A stretch of DNA of 64,000 bases. Origin: Perkinsus olseni. Taxonomy: Eukaryota. The stretch is taken from positions 1-64,000 of the forward strand of contig JABANN010000034.1 in NCBI GenBank assembly GCA_013115125.1, read 5' to 3'. Positions 49,401 to 62,466 of this stretch are shown piece by piece (the first letter of the stretch is position 1; each line of letters begins with the position of its first letter). The translations under genes were made by a program, and so were the position numbers. The notes beneath the pieces are model-generated. The model had not been told where the DNA came from. It made no database searches and saw only the letters and a program-made list of their open reading frames with translations.

Positions 49401-52400
49401 GGAACGTCGTCAGCGACAAGCTTGGACAGATTCATGTCTCTCGCGGTACGCATGAATATCATTTCCTCGTCTGCATCCGGAGGCTCGCTCCTCTTCACTC
49501 CTCCCGCCGTCCTCAAGACCGACAGAATATTGCGCAGGCCAAAGTCATAATGGCGCTGTTTCGACAGCTGTTCTTCGCACAGTTTGTAGAGGACGTTGAA
49601 CTTCTTGCCGAGCAGGTCCATCTGGGTGTACCCGACCGAAGCCAACTTCACTCTCATGATGATCTCACGATCTGGAACCATCATACTAACTGATCTGAAC
49701 AGGACCTTAAGATTCTCGGGCAGCTCTTGTCGACCGGCGTATCCAGGGTTCATGGTGATGAAGTAGCCGACGCTCGGCACTAGGCGGATTGGAATCGCCT
49801 CCCCAGGGAACGAGAAAGTCTTGGCGTTCTGCTTCTTGGCAAGGGTAATTGACTCGACCTGCATGGCCACGACCGAGAGGACCTCCAGTTCGATTCGGTT
49901 GAACTCATCGAAGCACCCCCAGAGGCCACTTTGACAGAGACCCTTGAAGATCTTGGCCATATCCTTATATCGATGCTGGTCCGAGCAGTTGGTGACAATC
50001 ACAAAGATACCCAGTGATCGACCCATATCCTTCGTGGTCTCCGTCTTGCCAGTACCGGCCGGTCCAGCTGGAGCGCCACCATAGAACATACCGAGGGCTT
50101 GTGAGAGGGTCAAGTAGCATCTATCGGTAAGGGGAGTGATAACCAGACGCTCCTTGACCCCAAGATACTCATAAGAGTAGGTAAAGTCGCAATCCGCGAT
50201 GGACACTATGGCGTGGTCTGTCTCCGTTCTCCAGTAGAAGCGAGTCTGCTTCATCCACTCAAAGTCGTTCTCATCCTTCACCTTATGCTCTCTTGTTTTC
50301 TTCATAACCTCTTGGAAGAGATCTCTCTGATGCACATGAATCGTCACCAAAGTCTCGTACTTAGTACGGTTCATCTTGGAGCCCAGATCGGACAGACAGT
50401 ACGAGACCAAATCCGCAAGCATCTGCTGGAACTTCTTATTGGTAGCTGGTAGGATCTGTCTGTCCTTCTCTCGAGTAGCCTTCATAAGAGCTTCCTGGAA
50501 GTCCACAGTCCAGATGATCTGGATGCCCAACAGAGACACCTGGCCGATGTAGCGATCAGCGAACTCCTTCAGTGACATGCCGTTCATGACAGCACCAGTA
50601 TCATGAGAGCAATAGCGACACTCCCGCCTGATCGACTTCTGCATCTCCGCTTCGAGGGCGAGCAGCCAGTCTTCGATGTTGCCCACAGCGTTGACGGGGG
50701 CGCTCAGGTCCACCACTTCCTCGGCCGTCCCCACGATAGCCTTGATCTTGGTGATCTTCTTTCGGTCTACCTTGTCGAACTGCACGCGAGAGATAGCATC
50801 AAAGAGCTTCTCGAAGTCATCCTGGATGCTCTCCGGCTCTGATCCTTGCGAGAGGATCTTCAGCAGCACCGGATCCGACACAAAGTAGAACCGCGGGAAC
50901 TTATTCCGCTTGCCCTCCAGGTAGCTCTCTAAGCTCTTCTGACAGCTTTCCAGGCCCTGGCCCAAGACGGGTAGCAGCTGCTTCAAAAGGTCGTTCTGAC
51001 AGCACGGCACCACTAGGCGCGTCTCAGCCGACTTGGACATAATTTTGATCCAGTCCTTGTCGATCTGCTGGAACTTCTTCGCTTCCATCGGCATTTGCTT
51101 GGCGATATCGCCACCAGTGAAGACCGACTCTAGACTTGTCCACAGCATCTGGACCTTGATCCATCGCTCGATGATGTCTCCTGCCTCGCTAAGGCTGGTG
51201 ATCATGTTCTGGAGAGGCTCCTTGAAGGGCAAAGAGTGGCGCATAGCGTTCATAGTGTTCAACTGCATCAGTGCCTCTTCTAGCATCTCCTGAATCTCCG
51301 CCACTCTCCCACCGGCCAGGACGCAATCGTAATCGCGAGACTTCCAGTGGCCGAAGAGGAAGGCCTCCTCACTCCACTGCTTGGTGATGTCCGCGAGACG
51401 CTTCTCGATGATGAGCTGCTTGTCGGCAGAGTCACATATGTCCGTGACCTCATCGATGTACTCCTGCAGGTTGGCGTCGATCAAGCTTTGCAGCATGAAC
51501 ATCTCAGAGTCAACCTGAACAACACCTCAACGACAGAATCTCAGACGCAGAATCAGCTCCTACCTGCAGCTCCTTGCCAGTGAGCTCCTGTACTTGTTGC
51601 CAGTGCCGAGGCATGATGGACGGCTTGGCCAGCTCCACGAGGAGCGGCAAGGCCTCTGAGAAGTCCTCGATCTCCTTCTTCAACTCGTGATAGGCCGGCC
51701 ACTCCCTCAGCTGCTTGGGCATCTTCTTACACCGATTGCTGAACACTTCCACCTAAAACCCCAATATCATAAATAGTCTATCCCGCACGCCCTGCCGAAG
51801 CTGCTCACCTGTGACTTCATATCATCAACATGCTGCGGGACTTCCGTCCAGAGGTAGTCCTTCCACTCCTTGATAGTCTCCAGCACGAGGACGTACAGAT
51901 CATAGAGCTGTGCGAGGTAGCCCAGTTCTTGCTTCGTCTTCTCGAGCTTAGGATACTGCTGGTGCGGTAGGCCGAACAGATCTTCACCGAGATAATAGAT
52001 TTCCTGCTTCCTCGACCTGACTTCGAATTCTTCCTTGAACCGCTTCAGGCGCTCCACAGCTTCTCGTGGAGCTATGCCGTTGACCATAGGACCGTGCAGC
52101 TCGTAGTTCTTTCGGAAATCTCTAACCTGCAACAACACAGCAAGAATAACACCGAACTAAGAGAGATACTGCCGCTTACGTCCTTCTTGAAGTTATTCAC
52201 GGTCTGTATGAGAGTCTTCTTGTACTCAGCCTGCTTCAAGCTCAGCTCCTGCTGCCTCTTCTCGCTCTCCTCTACCAACTTCAACCAGTTGCTCTTCAGC
52301 ATAGACCGAGCGTCCTGCTCGTCCTTGTCCATCACATTGCTCGGCAGATAGGTGTCAAGAATGGCATACATATGCGTTATAGGCCCGAACTCGAGCTCGA

Positions 52401-55400
52401 TCTCAGATTGCTTCCGTCTAACATCATTCAGGGTCTTCATCACGTACCCGAGGGCGTCGATATCGCCATCCTCCACCGCGCGGTTCATGCGCTTGGCAGT
52501 CGACTTGATCTGCTCCGTGAGAGCTTCTAGCTGATCTCGAGCCTTCACATGAAGCTGTTTACTGAAGGCCACCTTCCAGTCATTAGCCAAGCTCTTCAGA
52601 CTCTTCGCCAGGCTGTCCGGTCGGAGCAACAGCGCGCCAATCTGCCGCGAGGATTCAAACGAATCGAACTTCTCGTCGAGCAGAGCGAAGCTGCGCAGTT
52701 TGAACTCGAAGTCGTCCAAGGTGGGATTGGAGGCCTCGAATTCTTTGTACTGATCTTCAATGCTGTTCTCCCACAGCCAGGCGAAGCTAGAGAAGCGCTC
52801 GAGATAGACCTCACACTCGTCGTGTGAGTTCTGAATGGCTCCGGTGAGAAGGAGCACAACCTTCAAGATCTCCTTATCCTGCGCGACCCGATCGTAGAAG
52901 GTGCCTTGGCTGCCGAGCCCCATGACTGGCGGCAGGTTGGGATTCAGGATAAGCTGCACGTTCCTTGGTATCGTCACGGTATCCCAGGCCTCAATCATCT
53001 TGCTGCACTTGAGAATGGACACCGCACCGCCGTTGACGGCCGACTGGAGCTCCTCAACGCTCGGGTCCAGACGAACAGAGACTCCATCGAGTTGGAGGTT
53101 GACTTCGAAAAACGGCGAAGGGAGTTCGTCGTATGCAACTGTCGAGACGATTGGTCGGGCACATATGCGGACCTTGAGGAGCTGCAGGCTCCTCCGTGTT
53201 GCATTGAGCAGGGCTTGGTACATGGACCAGTTATAATGCGCTTTCACTTTGATAAGCTCCGACTCGGAGACTCCGCGCACCTGCAAAGGACGACGATACA
53301 GATTGCGCTCTTCAACGCGACTTGAACTTACGTGCGGGTCCACCGGGTAGGCCACGATAGCTCCGAGCATATCATCAACAGCTGCTTCGATCTCAGTCGA
53401 CTTAGCCATGAGAACGCTAGTCATCTCTCGGACATGTCGTTCTTGCAGGTCCACGAAGTCATCGAGATTGACGACCTCTCCCTCCTCTGGTAGCTCTAAC
53501 AGTATCATCCGAGACACCTCCTTCAAATTAGAGTCGATACGATTGTCCATCAAGTCGTTGACCTGAGGAGGAGATCAGTCATCATCACAGCCAGCGCCGA
53601 AATGGAACAAGGCATCAGCCCTAGACAGTAGAAATGACAGATCCACAACGAGGAGAATGGACACCGAGAACAAGGTGATAATGAAGGGGTCATCATCGAG
53701 GCCAGAGTGAGAGGTAGATACGCCCTTCTCAATTCCGCGCTACTATGAGCCTTTCTTACCGTCCTAACAAGTTCTTCCAAAGCGTTCAGCTCCATCCATA
53801 CATTCTCGATGTACGCTTCTATATTCATAGAGGTCCAAGTCAAGGCCACCATGCCAGGCCTCAGCTGGAACTCCATGTTGTCCAGATGGGGCTTCAGCAG
53901 GTTCGACGCGATCGGCTTTATCCCCTGCACCACACGACGATACTCCTTCAAGATGTGAGACAGCTCGTTGTAATGCTGCTTGAACTTGTGCTCTTGCAGG
54001 AGAACTATCCGGGCGGATGGAGGCACCTCCACGCCGAGCCGATCCAAGCACTTGGTCTCTCGTATCAACTGCAGGATCTCCCAGTCGAAGTTGACGTAAA
54101 ACTTGCCGTCATCAGGATGCCGGACGATCAACGTAGCGTGGAGGCCGCTCTTGGCCACTTCGATAGAGTTCAGCCAGGCTTCATACCACAACGTCTCGAA
54201 CTCCACCAACGTCTTTGCCATCTTGTTATACATCCTGATAATTTTCCGGGCATCTCGACCGTGTAGCACTGCCGGGTTCTTCTGGAAGCGTTTCATCGGC
54301 CCCTCAATTCGTCGAAGTAGATGACGACACCATGTGATGTTACCGGCGACCGGCGGCAAGTTCCTCACCAGTGGCGGAGACGCTTTGAACTTCTCGTATG
54401 AGTCCTGAACCTGCGTCAACTCGAGGCCGTAGTTGTGGAAGATGACCGTATACTTGCTCTCAAGGTCGGCCTTAAGGCTTTCACGCTGCAGGATGGACTG
54501 GAAGCTCTTCAACAAATTCAAGCTGGACTCAATAGAAGTGATGCTCTCGAAGCTCTGGTTGATGAACTGATGCAACGCGCTCTCCAGGTCGGCAATTCGG
54601 ACGTTGAATTCGACAGAGTCTCGGTCGAAACGGTTGTTGTGGAAGTCGAGAAGGTCATGTCGTTTGTTGCGGAACTCCTCCATAATCGTACGGAAGTTGT
54701 TGACAAGCTGCTCCATACCGTCAAACCGATGCTGCGAGAGAGACTGGAACTGGTGGATGGTCGAGAACATATCTATTAGCTTCGCCACGCGCCTGCAGAA
54801 GAGGTCGAATCTTCCGAAGATTTGAGTCTCCGAGAAATCGAACTGCTTCCCCTTCGGCATGGCCATAAGCTTCTCCTTCGTCATATGATACTGTTCCTGA
54901 TACACCTCATTAAGCCGCAGACACGACTCAAGCCTTCCGATGAGGACCAAGGGGTCCGTCTCCCACAGCTTGTCCGCATGCTCACCGCCCAATATGAACG
55001 CCTTGCAGTTCAGTATCATCTGGTTCGTCATCTTTGTAAACAAGTTTGTCATCCTCTCCGTAGTATTGTAATATCGAGCAATAGTGTGAATCATTTTGAT
55101 GGCATTCATCACGGCCGGTAAGGAGTCCGCGATAGTCTCAGGAGTGCCGCTGTAGAGTGGCTCAATGAACTTCTCCAGAGTGCTAAGATATTTAACATTA
55201 TCCTTAGCCTCATTGAAAGCCTCAGTAATAGAGATATCAATCTGCTTCCAACGTCTTAGCGTGTTGAAGACAACTTGCCGAGACTTCGGTGCCACATCTT
55301 GACTAACACGCGTAACAGCGTGGAGCACGCCAAAGACGGCCCTGCAGCCCCTCGACTTCAGCTGCTCCGTTATTGATGTGATCTTCTGCATCCGCTGCAT

Positions 55401-56519
55401 CCAGAAGTCCAGCTCGGTCCTAGGCCCCGGCTCGTTGCCGTACATCTTGCTAGAGCTCGAGTAGTCGAGGGAATCTTCAAGATACTGTTCGACCTGGCGG
55501 CACCACGACTCTAAGAGACCCTCGAACTGGAGAGAGATCTCGGGATTCTCCTTCACTATGTCTTGATAGCTTGCCATGGCCGCGTATTGCATCAATTTTT
55601 CGCCCAAAATACCGTCGACATCTTCCACTCCTCGAAGTTCGATACCACCAGTGAGGGACTTCAGAGCCTCAGTGAGCCCACCGGAGATCTTATGGATACC
55701 TGATGATGAGGAATGAGGTCGCCACGTTTGGTAAGCTAAAAGCTCTCACTAGTTGTAAACTCCGACTTCTGTTCACCGTCACACTGCCCCCAAGCCTCGT
55801 CCTCGCTCATGGTCGTATTGATGAGAGGCAGTAGTATCTGGAGCGATATGATGTGTTGAAATTGGGAGCTGAGCGCCTACCCCAGTGAAGGCCGTGTCCA
55901 AGCTTTCCAAGGGGTTGCCTGAAGCCTCGCCGACGAGGAGATCCTCCCCGCAGGCAGTCTCCAATTTGACAGACTTGCCAGGAGCGAGGCCAGATCGGAC
56001 GAACGATCTGTAGGAAGAAAATACGGGCGAGCGGTACTCGAAGGGGCAAGAGTAGCTGAACGAACGGTATCGGAACACGTACACTGCCTTGCCCTTCAAT
56101 CGGTCATCTTCGCCGTAGGTGACCACAATTCTCGCAGGTCCTGCTGCATCCTGGGGATCTGGAAAACATCGAAGATCCGAATGATCGCAGACGACGAAAA
56201 AGCAAGGCAGTGGACTTACCAGCATCCCCTCGAATGGGTAGGTCTGGGACTTGCCGGAAAAGGAAGATGTGGTCGTACCTACAGCAGCCTCACTGAGAGA
56301 CGGATACCACTGGAGCAGGGCTTACTTGGTATGACCTTCGAGGAATTCCATGAGCTTCCTCTTGTTAGAAGCTTCCTGGAGCTCCTCAAGGACCTGACCA
56401 CAGTACGACCGATCCGTGGGTCCCACGACAGAAGTACTGACCAAGGCAACTCCTTCATCGCCGAGACCCCAGGCCCAGGAGGCGCAGGTGGCCATCCATT
56501 TAACGCGAGGCTGCGACAT
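40442..56519 (-). CDS. DNAH5: Axonemal outer-arm dynein heavy chain (gamma / DNAH5-DNAH8 type)
   Basis: Four P-loops [32 protein letters not shown]. Also [19 protein letters not shown], a stalk coiled coil, N-terminal GPRTELDFW and C-terminal [11 protein letters not shown]. Multi-exon; the subtype call is from recalled motifs. Confidence 0.93.
53611..53703 (-). ncRNA. Candidate intronic C/D-box snoRNA
   Basis: In the 197-nt dynein intron 53563-53759 (sense): ggc..ATGATGA (perfect C box) ... CTGA..gcc, 82 nt from C to D, with a short terminal stem. Confidence 0.35.
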
Positions 56520-56874
56520 TCAGGAACGACTTCGGGGAAGAGCGGGTTGGGAAGGAAAGATAAACGGGAAATTAATTCTGAAATGATGGTACATCGTGAG
56601 CCTGTAGGATGAGTTCCGGGACGACCGTCGGAAGTTACTAGAATCTCATATGCATAACGACCCAATCCACTTGCCCTGGCACGAAGCTCAAACAATTTTT
56701 CGACGAATGGCAATTTGCGATCCTGCGATCCTGCGCCTGTCGTGCAACTTGCATGAAAAAATTAAATTTTCCGCGCGGGCCGGGCCTCGCGCGGATTCCG
56801 CGGTTGACTGCAGAGAAATTTGTTTGGTGGACGTGGAATTTTACTGGTCAGAGTTCCCTTCGGCATTTCCACTA

Positions 56875-58272
56875 ATGGAACATCAAGAGCGGCTGGATGG
56901 CGGTTCAGTAGATCGTAGTGTTGCTTTTCGGTACCATCAACAGGCCATAGTTACCGGTCGTGCCTTGGCCCTACCCCATGGGAAGGGTGGCGAGCTGCCT
57001 ACACAAGTAGTAAGGGAATGCCTTGGGAGATTATCACGCTGGGATTATCGAACTGCCAAGGTGGTAGTTGCCTTCGGGCAGACGTTGCCGGATGAACAAC
57101 ACTTAACGTAAAAACGCGATCCCCACGGAAATTGATGAAGCTCTCGGGCTCGATTTATCACCGAGTCCTAGCTTCTCCACAAGAGTTCACTTGAACTGAA
57201 CAGGGTATGTTGCTAGAGTTGTTCAGGTCAACTTCCCCGACAACAGTATCACCCTGGGCCTTCCATGCCACAGTGTCAAGTCGATGCTGCCGGCTACTTC
57301 ACATTCATCAAGTGCTTCTACCGAGACTGCGCCGGATAGCAGAAGGACTGCTGCTGCTGCTGATACAGAGAGTAGTGGTATAGACTCAACAGGCAACCTA
57401 CAGTCTGTCATACCCTAGGTGAGGAGGACCGTAGTCGAAGGCTGGCAAATGAGCCCGTACTCGTCTACACCTCCCTCAGCGATCCACGCCTAGTGACAAC
57501 ATCCATCTCAAGGTAGTGTGGCCAGCATCCCTTCCCCTGCAGTGAGGGCCCTTCTCAGGCCCATAACCCGTGCCTTGGTCACAGCGGCCTTTCAGACAGC
57601 TCTGGTGGTTATAGCAGTCACGGGTGGCACGTTCGTCCCTTTCTATGCGTCCTCCTATGTGTAATATACAAGCACTGGCCCAGCAGCTCTCATGTATTCT
57701 CTGGTCAGCTCGACGCCCACTTCGACGCAGTACGTCGGGTACTTACTCATGGTCGCGTCTCACGCTCTTCTGCGTAAGCATACGGGACCCCACCGGCACT
57801 ACCATACATCTCTCTTCAGTTCTGGGCGTGTACTATCATCGAGTGGAGCTGCTAACGATACACACGGTTATATTAACTGCCATTGGGATAGTTGTAGTAG
57901 GGGTCGCCGCTGAGGTGTGCGTGCTTCCAATTCATATCCCGATCTCTTGTCCCGTGCTAGTCTGTTTGTTTCCCGCTCGGGCGCGGTGTTCACTAGACCG
58001 CGGTGGAGGGTGTGCGGTGGAAACCCCGACAAAACCGCGGTGGAGGGTGTGCGGTGGAAACCTCGACAATTCATGATCCGAAATGCCGCGCTTCGGCGCT
58101 CTATACGTTTGTTAGCAGCTCTTCCGTGTTGCTGGGGCTGCAACTCTGGGCCGCTCCTCAGGTCCTAGCCACCGGACTGATGTCCTTGCTGGACGTCGGA
58201 GTCGTGCTCCTATGTCTACCTTTACGATACTTTGTTGAAGACATCCGATCCAAAATTGTAGTAGTCTCCTAG
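56875..58272 (+). CDS. Putative small multi-pass membrane protein (possible N-terminal F-box-like motif)
   Basis: Hydrophobic spliced segments YVGYLLMVASHALL, LLTIHTVILTAIGIVVVGVAA and VLATGLMSLLDVGVVLLCLPL; stop at 58272. The N-terminal ELPTQVVRECLGRLSRWD is weakly F-box-like. Start uncertain. Confidence 0.5.
57997..58069. repeat. Tandem direct repeat, 37-bp period x2, intronic
   Basis: accgcggtggagggtgtgcggtggaaacc(c/t)cgacaa occurs twice with one mismatch. Confidence 0.9.
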
Positions 58273-58442
58273 AATGCCGCGTCTATGTCGCTCTTCTTCA
58301 GAGTCCTCACTGCTTCATGCTTGGTAAGTAGTTGATGACCAGCCATTCACATCCAGTACTATAATCGAGTTAAGATTCGCCTCGGAGTCTTGTGTTGCTA
58401 CCAATAAGAGTGGGAATGGGTCGTATCAGTAACCTTTCCAAG

Positions 58443-60844
58443 ATGGCCACAGACGATAAGTATGATAGGCAGATAAGGCTGTGGGGAGGCCATGGTCAGA
58501 AAGCCTTGATGGAGTCCAAGGTGGGCTTTGCGACGGCATAGCATCTCAACACGATGATACGGTTCATGCGGGGCCGCCCCCTGTATAGAGCAAGAAGTCG
58601 TCGCTGTGCTCAGATTCTGGCTCTGGGCTCGACGTCAGTGATATCGGAGACTTTGAAGAATCTAGTAATGACTTCGTAATCCCTGGTCATCGAGCGCACT
58701 GCAGTAGGTGCTGCCGGGAGTAGGCAACTTCACAGTAGTGGATGACCTGCCCGTATCTGAGCGGGATCTCGGCCAGAACTTCTTCGTGCGAAGTAGGTCG
58801 TTTTAGCGTCACGAAATGGAAGCATAGGTACCACAAATCCCTTACATCATTTTAGGAGAGGACCTGGGCATTCCTCGGGCGGTGGCGGTGTGCAACCTTC
58901 TACTCGAGCTCAATCCAGACGTCTACGGCCACGCCATAGTTGAGGTAACACATATTCGCGGTGCCTGCCGTCCCGGATGCCTCCCCTTCAGAACATCCGT
59001 ACCTACGTCTCGCAGCGTATTCTCAGTCTCCCGCCCGGGGCTGTGCCCCCCTTTAATTTGGTGTTGGTATCAATGCACCGTTGTGGCAGTAGAGTCGCTG
59101 AGGCTGTCAATGAATGGTGTAAAGCCACCGGGACGAAAATGCTACTCGTCGACAGCATCGGGTGCAGTGTTGTGGCTCCTAGGGGAAGTCATTTTGCAAT
59201 TTTTCTATCAGATTCGTCGGTAGCGTACGTACATATTCCGCGAGTCACTGTATTGTGGAGTCCAAGAAGGACACCGAAGGTCGGCCATGTCCGACCACGC
59301 GTGCAGGATGCTCGCTCCTGCAGGTGACTTTGGCGTCGATCTACGGATATCGCAGCCCTTCCCCGAGCTGGAAGCCTTCACCTCCCAGGTGAGGCCTCCC
59401 TAAACCAACCGCGGGTGGCATCCATGGTCAGGTCATGGGTTCCCGAGGGGAGAAGTTGGATGCGCTTGGCGGTGCAGAGCATGCCCACGTGCCCTACGTC
59501 CTCTTACTGATAGCAGCATTGACTAAATGGCGATTGCAGGATAGCAGGTGATCAGTATCCGTAAGGTCCTCGGTTCGAATCCCGGCCCTGACATTTCTAG
59601 ATCCCCGGAGTCCCTTCCCTCAACCGCCGAGGATAGGCGGGCCATCAAGGATATTTTAATTGGCTGGAGGTAACTGCCCGCACCTCCGCAGCAGGCAGGG
59701 AGAATTGTCGTCCAGACGCTCCCCGCAAGAGGAGAACTTCGCGGAGGCCCTCAAGTTCGTGTGGAAGATCAAACCCTATGCAATCCCGACTGAGGTAGTA
59801 TCGCTGCTCAGCTGCGGTCATTCTGGCCACGCTGTCCCATCAGGTTGAGCACATACTCGTGGAATCTCATGAGCGTTTTAACGACAGTTGTTCCAACTTC
59901 TGGAGTATGGCTCGGGCGCTTGCCGAGTTCTCGAAGGTTGGACCGCGGTACCTTGTCTCGCTCGGCTAATGTCGAATTATTGTTTCAGCGGCATGCTTCC
60001 CATTTACCACTGAGTGGGGTGGTAGGGGACATGACTTCCGATACGACCACCTTCGTGAGGATGCAAGAAGTCTATGAGGCCCGGGCCAAGCGAGATCGAG
60101 AGGAGGTCTCGAATATCCTCTCCCAACTTGGCAAGGTGGAATCCCACCGTACTTGCTGATACCGTGAAGAACTTGACTTCAGACTGTGCCAGAGCAGTAC
60201 ATCGACTTGGTGTGTAAGAACGCCCTCAATATGTGCCTTATCGAGTACACTACTGTTGGTGAGGAGTGGATGTAGGAAACAGCTTGCTCGGCCTGTCGGC
60301 TACACGGACGGTAGGTTCAACGATGAGGAGAAGGTGTCCGAGCTGTCTAGCAGTCTAGAGGATCCGGAGTCACAAGCTCGACTGTATCTAGGACTACGGG
60401 CGCTGCAGGCGAGCTGTCCACATGGGAGGGGTAGAGCTCAGCGGGACCTCGCAGGTCTTCCGCCAGGAGCATAATGATTGCTACCCTGGCCCTGATGATG
60501 TTAACGAGCTCTCGAGCATAGCCAACGGTCTCATACCCCAACTGTCGGATAAGGGGACCGTTCTCGGGGAGAGCCTTGCCCAGGAACTTGTACGTCGCCT
60601 CACCGACTGAGCATGGGGATGCTGTTGTTGTCCTTGCCAGTGTCGGTACGAAGGTTGTGAGCTGCATACCATAAGCGCTGTTATCGGGGGAGTGGCGGCA
60701 CAGGAAGGTGTCAAGCTACTCACACACCAGTTCGTGCCTCTCAACAACACCTTTGTGTAAGCCCTACTCCTGCTTAGCTTGTGTGGAGCACGGCTGCGTA
60801 GGTTCAACGGGATTGTCGGTCGAGCGGATCAACTAACGATGTGA
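58443..60844 (+). CDS. NAE1: NEDD8-activating enzyme E1 regulatory subunit (APP-BP1/Ula1)
   Basis: [111 protein letters not shown]; multi-exon. Confidence 0.93.
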
Positions 60845-60934
60845 TAAACAGTTTCTTTTGCGTTCTCCTCGCGTTGTTGCTCTGTCAAACAGGGAGCGGA
60901 TGGGAACCCGATAGCAGTGTTTTAACCCATCTGC

Positions 60935-62274
60935 ATGGATGGCGGTCGTCGACCGAATCCGCGCCGGAATGCAAGGCTGCTCTTCTCGCTGCTCGACCGC
61001 GATGGGGAAGGGTGAGCTAAGGCACATGATTTCGGCAAGGAGTGGTATGGATACAGGCGCATCCACGATCTGGTAGAAGCTTTCGACACGTTGCGGCGGG
61101 AAGGGAGCATCTCACCGGACTTGGATATGATGCTCACCCTTGTCATCAGAGAGGTTATTGACGTGAGCTTCACGGGCTCGACTGCCTCTCCAGTGAATGC
61201 CTAAACTCAGGTTTGTGGCGACCTGGACGAATTCACTGAGGAAGAGTTCGTCGGTGAGTTCGTATTCTTCCAAGGTTGGTCTTAGTATAACTGTCAGAGG
61301 CGGCCCGAGGGTGCCAGTGTCTATGGGTTCCGTCCCCGGAACCTCAGGAGAAGTTCCATTGCCGATTCCGCCCTAGAATTCACATTACCGAAGCTTTCGA
61401 GGATCGGGTGGGGATGTGTCGTCTCTCATCAGCTTGTACTTTGGTGTTGGTAGTTGAGAACGGACAAGCTTCGACGATGGTGTCATCGCAACGACATAAA
61501 GGAAGCCGCTCGAGAGGAAGAGATGCAGGAATGTAGGCCCAAGAGGGTTCGTTATGTGGATACAATAGCCTAACGACAGGCACATTTTGGCCGGAGACAA
61601 CCCTTCGTCCAAGCTACCTTCCCCGCAAGAAATTCGTCGGCAGCTTCCAGCGACTGACGGAACCACGCAAAGCGTACAAAAACAAGGTAGGTGTTTGAAT
61701 ACTCAGCTGAGTTTGCACTCTCTTCTGCAGTACCCCGACTTAGAACCCACGGGGTTACGATTGGCTACTTCAACGCATGAGAGGTTCGCAGAGATGCTGC
61801 GAACTCAGAAGACGAAGCCAACCACACCGTGGGTCACGACGAGATGGTACGATCTTTTAACGATGGTTTGATCTGGTAGGTCCATCCGGCCTGGTGATCG
61901 GAGGCTGTTGAAGGCACCCCGGCTGCGGCCTCATTCCCCCGCTTTTGCTCGACATGAGACAACATGGTAGCCTTCGCTCGATTGGCATTCATTACTGTGC
62001 TTGTTAAAGTTTTGAGTTCAAGTGTCGGGTTGGCATTCGGGTCCACGTTAATGAGTGAATAATCGAAATCGTGTACCGAAGGAAAAACCTAGGCAGTCTA
62101 CAACATCAGGGGCAGCTATGTGCTTGCGTGCAGCATAGTGGGTGTCGCGTCAGCTGCAGAGTCGGTGCCGGGCACTCTGTTCTCGGGTCCGATGTAGATG
62201 TGCCTCGTCTCCAACTGTCCGATCCGCGACACGAGCTCTCTTCTCCACTTCGAGTTCACGGACTGGGATTTTGA
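60935..62274 (+). CDS. Putative EF-hand-containing protein (multi-exon; 3' end uncertain)
   Basis: Spliced LLFSLLDRDGEGRI (EF loop) and DEFTEEEFV, with GT-AG introns at about 61012, 61163 and 61254. Confidence 0.5.
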
Positions 62275-62466
62275 CTAATTGAATGAGCCAGCAGGGGTGC
62301 AGGCTCCGTGCCACAGAGAAGTCGTGAGCTTCCCCAATGCTGCATACAACAACCTGGAACCATTTCCCAGTGCATCCTCACCGTCATCGTGAGCACGTGG
62401 AAAGTTGTGCGTTATACAGACTGCATATTTGCTTGGCCTACACTCAGTGTTGAAGAGATTTCCTCG

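Noticed and set aside
57997-58069. CRISPR-like 36-37 nt repeat
   Set aside because: Only two adjacent copies, no spacer, in a eukaryotic intron, and no cas genes.
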